Source: a bacterium (GTDB lineage: Bacteria; UBP7; UBA6624; JBBIMK01). Taken from it: a stretch of 12,417 nt of DNA. Shown piece after piece: positions 6,601 through 12,417 of this stretch. Where the stretch lies: positions 1-12,417 of the forward strand of contig JBBIMK010000040.1 of assembly GCA_037444445.1 (NCBI GenBank), read 5' to 3'. The notes under the pieces are model-generated. The model did not search any database and was not told the origin of the DNA. It saw only the letters and a list, made by a program, of their open reading frames with translations. Position numbers and translations under genes: made by a program. Numbering within the stretch: the first letter of the stretch is position 1; every line of letters starts with the position of its first letter.

Positions 6601-6729
6601 ATGGCAAGCATAACAAGCATACCCGGCGAGCACCAGCGTATCCCCTTGAAAGCGATTGACTTTCCGGGGAATGAGGTGCTGCAGATAGTGACGAAAGAGC
6701 GTGTAGAATATGAAAGTGACAGGGGGTGA
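6601..6729 (+). CDS. 42-aa micro-ORF upstream of the toxin-antitoxin pair (hypothetical; faint SpoVT/AbrB-like pattern)
   Basis: MASITSIPGEHQRIPLKAIDFPGNEVLQIVTKERVEYESDRG. It has a GAGGTG SD 5-6 nt upstream, lies directly downstream of the TTGCCT/TATAAT promoter, and stops 4 nt before the antitoxin ATG. It is below the ORF-track cutoff. The stretch IPLKAIDFPGNEVLQIV loosely recalls the IPkeir..lgl.pGd.v swapped-hairpin motif. Confidence 0.35.
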   Translation: MASITSIPGEHQRIPLKAIDFPGNEVLQIVTKERVEYESDRG

Positions 6730-6733
6730 AAGA

Positions 6734-6946
6734 ATGAAAACCCTTGAGGAACTGATAAAGGAGTTACCGGCTGAACTCCGGCAAGAGGCAGAAGACTTTG
6801 TAGAATTCCTGCTGGAGAAGCGGCTAAAGAAACCCCGTGGCAAGCCGAACTTCAACTGGGCAGGAGCGCTCAAGGACTTGCGGGACCAATATACATCTGT
6901 GGAACTCCAGCATAAATTATCGGAGTGGAGGATTGGAGAAAAGTGA
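6734..6946 (+). CDS. DUF2281-family antitoxin (VapB-like partner of the PIN toxin)
   Basis: MKTLEELIKELPAELRQEAEDFVEFLLEKR is the typical DUF2281 N-terminus. The SD GGGGGTG lies upstream of the ATG at 6734. The stop overlaps the toxin GTG as GTGA. Confidence 0.8.
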   Translation: MKTLEELIKELPAELRQEAEDFVEFLLEKRLKKPRGKPNFNWAGALKDLRDQYTSVELQHKLSEWRIGEK

Positions 6947-7347
6947 GGCTACTCATAGACACGAGTATCGTCCTCGAAGTGATCTTAGAGCAATCAAAGG
7001 CCGAAGAGGCGCAGACTCTTCTGGGAAAGACTGAGGAACACGAGTTTTTTCTATCCGATTATTCACTACACTCCATAGGGATTCTTCTTTTTCGCCGAAA
7101 GCAGTTCCTTGTCTTTTGGCAATTTTTAAGCGACATGATAATTAATGCTGGAATGGAGGTAACTTCTCTGCCTGTAGAAAACTTGAGGTCGGTTGTTGAG
7201 GTTGCTCAAAGATGCAACCTCGACTTTGACGATGCCTACCAGGCTGAGGTTGCTGAGAAATACAACTTCACCATTGTGAGTTTTGATAGCGACTTTGACC
7301 GCACTGCCCGGGGAAGGAAAGCCCCGGCGGAAATCTTGGGTGGATAA
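6943..7347 (+). CDS. vapC: PIN-domain toxin (VapC family ribonuclease)
   Basis: RLLIDTSIVLEV carries the N-terminal Asp, and LDFDDAYQAEVAEKYNFTIVSFDSDFDR carries the distal acidic residues, in the typical PIN layout. The GTG at 6943 overlaps the antitoxin stop by 4 nt. An alternative GTG lies at 6925. Confidence 0.85.
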   Translation: MRLLIDTSIVLEVILEQSKAEEAQTLLGKTEEHEFFLSDYSLHSIGILLFRRKQFLVFWQFLSDMIINAGMEVTSLPVENLRSVVEVAQRCNLDFDDAYQAEVAEKYNFTIVSFDSDFDRTARGRKAPAEILGG

Positions 7348-7583
7348 TCTATGCGGGGCACCGTCTCGTTCCCCTACCAACCCGTCGAGCACTGTCTGTG
7401 GAAGTTCCGCATACCACGCCGCCCACAACCCTGCATTATAATATCCATTGAGGGAGTGAAGATGCCAGAAAAAAGCAAGTCCTTCTCCAGAATCGGGCGT
7501 GAAAACCTTCTATGGGAATGAGGTGGTAGGGGTGGAGAAATTGGGACTCAGGAGTGGTTAATGAGCAGTAAAGGAGGGTAAAG

Positions 7584-8798
7584 ATGAAAATTCAAATCAA
7601 GAATTTTCGTTCTATTGAGAATCAAGAGATAGAGCTTACGCCCATCACAGTAGTCTATGGGCCAAATGGTGCTGGTAAATCCAGTTTGCTGTATGCTTTA
7701 CTTACTCTCAAAAATGTCATATTGAACCCTAATCAGAATCCCAGTGGATTTTTTAATTACATCTTTGTTAGCCTTGGAAGTTTTGAAGCAGTTGTTTTCG
7801 ATCACCAGAAACGAAACCGCGTTAATTTGGGAATAACGCTGGAAAAGGATGGAACAACTCTGGTGTATCGAGTATCCGTTGGAGAAACCGAAGGAACTTT
7901 TAATCTGGAGATGGAAGAACAGCGATTTAAGGCAAAAATGGAACTCCCTGTTTCATTTCCATATCCGGGAAATCAGCAATTTCAACAGTCTATATCCCTT
8001 GATGAACGGAGTTTTACTGTGGTTTGGAATGGTGTAACGGTGCAGGTTCAAACGGGCGTGCAAACCCAAGAGGCACAAGAGGAAGCAAAGCAAATCGCAA
8101 CTTCTCTTAATACACCTACCGAATTACTCAGGAAAGTTGGCATCGTTCCACAAAAAAGAGGTTTTTCTAAACCGCATTTTCAAAGCGTTCCAGTTTCTCC
8201 TATGATGATAACTGAAGATGAGGTAGCAACATTGCTTTCCACTGACAAGTACTTGGTATCCAGAGTAAGTTTTTACTTGGAGCAAATTCTTGACCGCGAC
8301 TTTAGAGTGAATGTCCAGCCGGGGACGGCCATTTTTTCTCTGGATTCCACAGATAAAAAGACGGGGGTAGCATCGGAATTGGTAAATGAAGGATTTGGAA
8401 TTAATCAAATTGCGTATTTCCTTGCAAGGTGTTTACACCGGGATGTGGAATGGGTTTGCGTAGAGGAGCCGGAGATTCATCTACATCCATCGGCGGTGCG
8501 GGGTGTTGCCCAGGCTTTGGTCAAAATACTTCATGATGAGGGAAAGCATTTTATTATTTCTACGCACAGCGAATCATTTCTTGCTGCCTTACTTGCGCTC
8601 GTTGCTAAGGGCGAACTAAAACCATCTGACTTGGCATGTTACTTTGCTCAGAAAGAGAAAAAGAAAACCAACTTTGAGCGTCAACTCGTGAATGAAAAGG
8701 GGCAGATTGAGGGTGGACTCATGAGTTTTATTGAGGGGGAATTGGAGGATATCAGAGCTTTATTAAAAATTAATAGAGAACCTACTGTAAGATTATAA
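7584..8798 (+). CDS. ABC/SMC-type AAA ATPase (AAA_15/AAA_21-like; C-terminus possibly DUF3696-like), no fused nuclease domain
   Basis: The N-terminus MKIQIKNFRSIENQEIELTPITVVYGPNGAGKSSLLYAL carries Walker A at 7659-7685. A signature-like block reads ELVNEGFGINQIAYFLARCL. Walker B/D-loop is WVCVEEPEIHLHP (about 8451-8489), and the H-loop is IISTHSE. An excellent SD (AAAGGAGGG) lies 6 nt upstream. GC is markedly lower than in neighbouring housekeeping genes. Confidence 0.9.
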   Translation: MKIQIKNFRSIENQEIELTPITVVYGPNGAGKSSLLYALLTLKNVILNPNQNPSGFFNYIFVSLGSFEAVVFDHQKRNRVNLGITLEKDGTTLVYRVSVGETEGTFNLEMEEQRFKAKMELPVSFPYPGNQQFQQSISLDERSFTVVWNGVTVQVQTGVQTQEAQEEAKQIATSLNTPTELLRKVGIVPQKRGFSKPHFQSVPVSPMMITEDEVATLLSTDKYLVSRVSFYLEQILDRDFRVNVQPGTAIFSLDSTDKKTGVASELVNEGFGINQIAYFLARCLHRDVEWVCVEEPEIHLHPSAVRGVAQALVKILHDEGKHFIISTHSESFLAALLALVAKGELKPSDLACYFAQKEKKKTNFERQLVNEKGQIEGGLMSFIEGELEDIRALLKINREPTVRL

Positions 8799-8920
8799 TG
8801 CTCAAATGGAGATAGGGTTCAAGATTTTTTTCCTTAAATTGATAGTTCGCAGACGAGATTTGGAGGTGAGATGAGCTGCTTTTTCAATGTTTTATTATCG
8901 ATGAATGGCTTCTTCACGAC

Positions 8921-9361
8921 TTGCGTGGAGATAACGGGCGAGAGTATCAAGCGAAAGCATATAACTTCTTATGGACATTGAGGAGAAAATGCGACTCAAT
9001 AGTCGTTTTAATTGGGAGTAAATGGATGACAAAAGCATATGAACTCATGGAGCACCATAACAACATTGTTAGGGGAATCAGCAAATTTTTGCACCTCTCA
9101 ATTCTGAATGACCTCAATAAATGTAAAAAGTTGGGAGAAACTGATATAAGTAATGACATACCCCCAGAGCTGAAAAATCATATCTCACATAAAGACCTTT
9201 ACCTTATTCAGTGCTACTATGCGGCAAATGCCACTCTATTTGTGACAACGGAAAGAGAGATATTCGATTTTCTATCCCATTTTTCCCAATTTGATATCAA
9301 ATGTGCGCTTCGGGATGATTTTTTAGCAGAGTATCTTGGTGAAAAAGGTGCTGAATTCTGA
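8921..9361 (+). CDS. hypothetical small protein, possible PIN-like nuclease partner of the ATPase (true start probably upstream, near 8871-8897)
   Basis: 146-aa ORF from the TTG at 8921. The same frame is open back to 8870 and reads DELLFQCFIIDEWLLHDL, a beta-strand plus Asp like a PIN beta1. The C-terminal block HKDLYLIQCYYAANATLFVTTEREIFDF resembles the PIN/DUF4411-like D..li..A...g..vvT.E pattern. It lies on the same strand as the ATPase, 72-122 nt downstream, in the same low-GC composition. A strong SD plus ATG at 8862-8873 is in a different frame (see findings). Confidence 0.55.
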   Translation: MRGDNGREYQAKAYNFLWTLRRKCDSIVVLIGSKWMTKAYELMEHHNNIVRGISKFLHLSILNDLNKCKKLGETDISNDIPPELKNHISHKDLYLIQCYYAANATLFVTTEREIFDFLSHFSQFDIKCALRDDFLAEYLGEKGAEF

Positions 9362-9364
9362 CTC

Positions 9365-9472
9365 ATGCTGTTGACAGACCCATCATCAATTCACCCTTTG
9401 AAGAGCCATCCCGCTACTGGCCCCTATGAAGAGGGTCAACCTGTCCTACCTGCCCGACTTTTGGGTGACTGA
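9365..9472 (+). pseudogene. degraded 5' relic of a type III-like restriction enzyme/helicase (or partner methyltransferase) gene
   Basis: Frame 1 (9373-9426) reads DRPIINSPFEEPSRYWPL and then stops. Frame 2 (9425-9469) reads YEEGQPVLPARLLGD and then stops. An ATG at 9365 is in frame 2. From memory, INSPFxEPxR(H/Y)(F/W) followed by an acidic-Gly segment is the conserved extreme N-terminus of a widespread family of type III-like R-M proteins. Here it is split by a frameshift at a C4 run (9421-9424) and cut off after about 35 codons. Confidence 0.4.
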
Positions 9473-9561
9473 GGTCAGGATGATGTTCCAGGGTGAAACC
9501 AGGGGAGATGAACGCAGAAAAATAGTATCGGCAGTTTCAAAGGGAGAAATGGGGTGGTAAG

Positions 9562-10344
9562 ATGAAGGAGGGGTGGCGGGTTGACCTGGGAAGGATGTGT
9601 TATAAACAGGCGTGGGATTTCCAGCACCGCTTGCACTCCCTTCGGGTTCAGGGTGAAATTCCTGACACGCTGATATTTGTGGAGCATCCGCCAGTGATTA
9701 CCCTCGGTCGCTCGGCGAAGAGCGAACACCTTCGCCTTCCGATGGAAGATGTACAGAAGCGAGGTGTGGAAGTGTTTCAGGTGGAGCGGGGCGGGGATGT
9801 TACCTTCCACGGTCCCGGACAACTGGTGGGCTATCCCATCTTCCGGCTGGAAGAACTGAGAATGGTGCAGGCGTTCGTGAGGAATATAGAACGGTCTATA
9901 GTGGAGGCTTTGAAGACATTCGGAATCCCTGCCTGCACCCTTCCCGGCTACACCGGCGTCTGGGTGGATGCCAGAAATGCAAAACCGGGTGGAGGATTCA
10001 AGATAGCCTCCATTGGCCTCGCCATTCGTCGGGGGGTATCTTTCCACGGCTTCGCTTTGAATGTATCCACCGCTCTTTCCTATTTTGACCTCATCGTGCC
10101 CTGCGGGCTTCCCGAAGTTCAGATGACCTCTATGGAAAAGTGGCTGGGGGAAAAAGTCCTGATGGAAGATGTGAAAGAGGCAATGGCTCGCTCCTTTGAA
10201 CATATCTTCCAACTCTCGCTCATCCCGATGAGGTATGTTCGCGACTTCATCACAGATTCCTTGAGTCCTGTAAGGCCTTCGGATTTGCCTTTCAAAATTG
10301 GTGATGAGCACATTGTCCAGACTCTGACGGGGGGTAGCGAATGA
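9562..10344 (+). CDS. lipB: lipoyl(octanoyl) transferase LipB
   Basis: The conserved blocks are all present: [49 protein letters not shown] (catalytic Lys region) and IVPCGL (catalytic Cys). The stop overlaps the lipA ATG as ATGA. Confidence 0.9.
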   Translation: MKEGWRVDLGRMCYKQAWDFQHRLHSLRVQGEIPDTLIFVEHPPVITLGRSAKSEHLRLPMEDVQKRGVEVFQVERGGDVTFHGPGQLVGYPIFRLEELRMVQAFVRNIERSIVEALKTFGIPACTLPGYTGVWVDARNAKPGGGFKIASIGLAIRRGVSFHGFALNVSTALSYFDLIVPCGLPEVQMTSMEKWLGEKVLMEDVKEAMARSFEHIFQLSLIPMRYVRDFITDSLSPVRPSDLPFKIGDEHIVQTLTGGSE

Positions 10345-11219
10345 GTGAGAGCGCGGTGTTAAGACATCCTCCGTGGATACGAACCCGTCTGCCGACTGGA
10401 GAAACTTTTGCTACCACGAAAGCGATTCTGGATGGTTTGAGGCTTACTACGGTGTGCCGGGAAGCCCTCTGCCCGAATATCGGGGAGTGCTGGGGGCACG
10501 GGGTTGCCACCCTTATGGTGCTGGGCGAGATATGCACCCGGGGATGCCGATTCTGCGCCGTCACCACAGGAAATCCAGGAGGCTTTGTGGACCCCACGGA
10601 GCCTCAGCGTGTTGCCACCGCCGTTCAACTCCTGAAACTGAAATATGTGGTCATTACCTCCGTGGACCGGGATGATTTACCCGACCAGGGCGCCGGGCAC
10701 TTCGCTGATTGCGTGAGGGCCATCAAACGCCGAGTTTCCGATGTGCGGGTGGAGGTTCTTACCCCCGACTTCTCCGGTATAGAGTCTTGCATTGATACGG
10801 TGTTAGAATCGGAGCCGGATGTATTCGGGCATAATATAGAGACGGTTCGGAGGCTCACGCCGAAGGTTCGTGACCGGCGTGCAGGTTACGACCAGTCGCT
10901 GAAAGTTCTGGCTTATGCCAGGCAAAAGCGTCCCCAGAAATATACCAAAAGTTCCATTATGTTAGGGCTGGGGGAGGCGGAGGATGAAGTGATAGAAACG
11001 ATGAAAGACCTGCGAAGGGCGGGGGTGGAGTTGCTCGCCCTGGGTCAATACCTTCAGCCCACAAAAAAGCACCTGCCCGTGGTGGAGTATGTGACGCCCG
11101 AGAAGTTTATGAAGTATGGGCATCTGGCTCGCTCACTGGGTTTCAAAGGGGTGGCTTCAGCCCCCTTCGTCCGGTCCTCCTACCGTGCGGATGCCTTAGC
11201 CCGACCCACCCTCCAATAA
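10341..11219 (+). CDS. lipA: lipoyl synthase LipA (radical SAM)
   Basis: CPNIGECW is the auxiliary-cluster motif and [10 protein letters not shown] is the radical-SAM CxxxCxxC. The length of 292 aa and the position directly after lipB also fit. Confidence 0.95.
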   Translation: MSESAVLRHPPWIRTRLPTGETFATTKAILDGLRLTTVCREALCPNIGECWGHGVATLMVLGEICTRGCRFCAVTTGNPGGFVDPTEPQRVATAVQLLKLKYVVITSVDRDDLPDQGAGHFADCVRAIKRRVSDVRVEVLTPDFSGIESCIDTVLESEPDVFGHNIETVRRLTPKVRDRRAGYDQSLKVLAYARQKRPQKYTKSSIMLGLGEAEDEVIETMKDLRRAGVELLALGQYLQPTKKHLPVVEYVTPEKFMKYGHLARSLGFKGVASAPFVRSSYRADALARPTLQ

Positions 11220-11221
11220 TG

Positions 11222-11740
11222 TCAGTGCTTGGGGTCAGACACCAAACTATGATCGTGAAGAAACATCAGAGTATATCCTTTCTCCTTTGCAAAGTCTTTC
11301 AATTGACTGATAGACTCATCACCGATGATGAAAATCATCAAGCCCTGGCTTCCATAAGTTTCCTGAAATTTCTGCAGGACTGGCAACTCCTCCAAACAGG
11401 GACCGCAGGTGGTGGAAAAGAAATTGAGGAGGATGGTTTTTTTCTGTTTCGCCACGGCCGAGAGAGTATAAGTTTTTCCATCTATTCCGGTGAGGGAAAA
11501 ATCCGCACCGGTCTTCCCGGTGAGGAACCCCTCGCCCCTGTGGGAAGCAGAGCCTTGCAGAGGGCGGACAGATTCCAGACGCCACCGGTAATCCTCTGGT
11601 GATTCCGCTGGTATCCACAGATTGGACAGCAGGGTTAGAATCACCAGCCCACCCAGCACTCGTGTCCATAACATTTCTTCTCTGGACCACATTCTCCATC
11701 TACACCCAATTCTTTCGTGGGGGCTGCCTCTGCGTAGCAT
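11222..11740 (-). CDS. TlpA/ResA-like thiol:disulfide oxidoreductase (thioredoxin fold, CGPC), membrane-anchored, apparently C-terminally truncated
   Basis: TM anchor WTRVLGGLVILTLLSNLW, then KTILLNFFSTTCGPCLEELP (CxxC active site). The ATG at 11740 is preceded by GAGGTGG. The protein ends at ...MFLHDHSLVSDPKH, only 2 nt from the lipA stop, before the cis-Pro loop expected in this fold. Confidence 0.7.
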   Translation of the reverse strand: MLRRGSPHERIGCRWRMWSREEMLWTRVLGGLVILTLLSNLWIPAESPEDYRWRLESVRPLQGSASHRGEGFLTGKTGADFSLTGIDGKTYTLSAVAKQKKTILLNFFSTTCGPCLEELPVLQKFQETYGSQGLMIFIIGDESISQLKDFAKEKGYTLMFLHDHSLVSDPKH

Positions 11741-11813
11741 TCCTACCACCTCTTTTTTCTATATCACCATCCTTATACCACACTCCCTATCCAGTTGTTA
11801 GATGCTCGTAGTG

Positions 11814-11833
11814 GGTAACCTTTCGTGGTTACC
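11814..11833. repeat. perfect 7-bp inverted repeat hairpin (GGTAACC-tttcgt-GGTTACC) downstream of the GNAT gene
   Basis: Read directly: 11814-11820 GGTAACC, a 6-nt loop, and 11827-11833 GGTTACC. It lies 14 nt beyond the GNAT stop on the minus strand. No U-tract follows on that strand, so it is not a canonical intrinsic terminator. Confidence 0.6.
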
Positions 11834-11847
11834 TGTAATTACACCCT

Positions 11848-12324
11848 CTAAGATGACAGGTATTTGATGTAGACGATTTGGTGGTCGCCGGGCTTGTAGT
11901 AATCCCGGAAGGTGGCGGCGGGAGAATATCCACATCTCTCATAGAGTTTCCTGGCGGGCTGGTAGTCTTCACGGCTGGAAGTTTCAATGCAAATGCCTCG
12001 CCCCCCTTTCTTCCGGATGTCCTCCTCCATAAACTCCATCAGGCGTATGCCCACCCGCCTGCGTCGGGCTCCGGGATGAACGGCAATCCAGTAGAGGTCA
12101 TAAAAAGCATCAGTCACAGGGTTCAGCCCATAGCAAATGAAGCCCGCAACAGGGAGGTCCGGCAGGTCAGCCAGAGCCAGGAGATAGTCCGGTGAACCCT
12201 TCAGGGATTCATCAATCAATTCCATTGCTACTGAAATCTCTGCCGATGAGAAGAGTTCCAGCATTTGAAGAAGTTGAAAAAGAGGTTCCCGGTCCTCCTG
12301 ATGTGCATTCCGAATCGTCATCAT
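11848..12324 (-). CDS. GNAT-family N-acetyltransferase
   Basis: 158 aa. YWIAVHPGARRRRVGIRLMEFMEE is the acetyl-CoA-binding motif A (Q/RxxGxG/A-like), and ARKLYERCGY is motif B. The start is the ATG at 12324 or at 12321. Confidence 0.85.
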   Translation of the reverse strand: MMTIRNAHQEDREPLFQLLQMLELFSSAEISVAMELIDESLKGSPDYLLALADLPDLPVAGFICYGLNPVTDAFYDLYWIAVHPGARRRRVGIRLMEFMEEDIRKKGGRGICIETSSREDYQPARKLYERCGYSPAATFRDYYKPGDHQIVYIKYLSS

Positions 12325-12417
12325 TTCCTTCGCTCTTCGCCTACCATTATAAACCCGCTTTAGGAAAGTTATTGCAAAATTCGTGAAAAATCTTTCTTTA
12401 TTTTTAGGATTTTGATT

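Noticed and set aside
7126-7428. 100-aa minus-strand ORF
   Set aside because: It is mostly antisense to the vapC CDS. It has no initiation signals or motifs.
7462-7521. 19-codon ORF (MPEKSKSFSRIGRENLLWE) with GAGGGAG SD, downstream of a TATAAT at 7437-7442
   Set aside because: I found no acceptable -35 element at 16-18 nt spacing. The peptide is too short to evaluate and has no recognisable leader-peptide features. I kept it only as a note that a promoter or leader for the ATPase may lie in 7430-7583.
8947-9159. 70-aa minus-strand ORF
   Set aside because: It is antisense to the ATPase-partner gene in an AT-rich region. It has no signals, so it is a shadow ORF.
9371-9376. Perfect TTGACA -35 hexamer
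   Set aside because: There is no plausible -10 hexamer at 16-18 nt spacing. The hexamer lies inside the putative R-M gene relic and is probably coincidental.
9475-10311. 278-aa minus-strand ORF
   Set aside because: It is antisense to lipB, whose conserved catalytic motifs are unambiguous. It has no SD or recognisable domain, so it is a shadow ORF.
11219-11699. ORFs 11219..11602 (+) and 11319..11699 (-)
   Set aside because: They are alternative-frame or antisense ORFs overlapping the CGPC redoxin gene. Only the 11222..11740 frame has a thioredoxin-fold motif, a TM anchor and an SD.
1-12417. Search for CRISPR arrays, tRNA/rRNA genes, transposases, integrases and long terminal inverted repeats
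   Set aside because: By eye I found no regularly spaced direct repeats of 25-40 bp, no tRNA-like T-arm or acceptor signatures outside CDSs, and no DDE or tyrosine-recombinase motifs in any listed ORF. This is visual inspection only and is not a substitute for tRNAscan, Infernal or ISfinder.

Overview
This is a bacterial chromosomal segment with no rRNA, tRNA, CRISPR array, transposase or integrase that I can recognise. Hand-sampled lines of the housekeeping genes run about 55-65% GC.

Gene order, left to right:
- (1) A minus-strand operon of three secreted or membrane proteins: a 370-aa protein with two FlgD-Ig-like repeats, a 219-aa signal-peptide protein with a glycine-zipper-like C-terminal anchor, and a roughly 74-aa 2-TM protein.
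- (2) An unusually long gap of about 860 bp with no ORF of 60 aa or more. It holds a roughly 130-bp polypyrimidine tract, 11-bp phased AGATA repeats, two G8 homopolymers, and a small winged-helix-like ORF broken at one of the G8 tracts.
- (3) A tight minus-strand operon: NYN-domain nuclease, then a SatD-family protein with substituted acidic motif residues, then a DinB-family protein.
- (4) fixC-fixX (ETF-quinone oxidoreductase plus ferredoxin-like protein), with no fixAB in the window.
- (5) An accessory stretch at about 6.4-9.5 kb that is visibly lower in GC, 35-45% in sampled lines. It contains a promoter-driven micro-ORF, a DUF2281 antitoxin and a PIN (VapC) toxin. These are followed by a 404-aa ABC/SMC-type AAA ATPase (Walker A GPNGAGKSS, Walker B EEPEIHLHP) with a small, possibly PIN-like partner gene, and then a roughly 100-bp frameshifted relic of what looks like the N-terminus of a type III-like restriction/helicase gene.
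- (6) lipB-lipA, with a 4-nt ATGA overlap.
- (7) A convergent TlpA/ResA-like CGPC redoxin that appears truncated at its C-terminus.
- (8) A GNAT acetyltransferase.

The best candidate for an undescribed system is the ATPase plus small PIN-like gene pair at 7584-9361. It is embedded between a toxin-antitoxin module and a restriction-gene relic.
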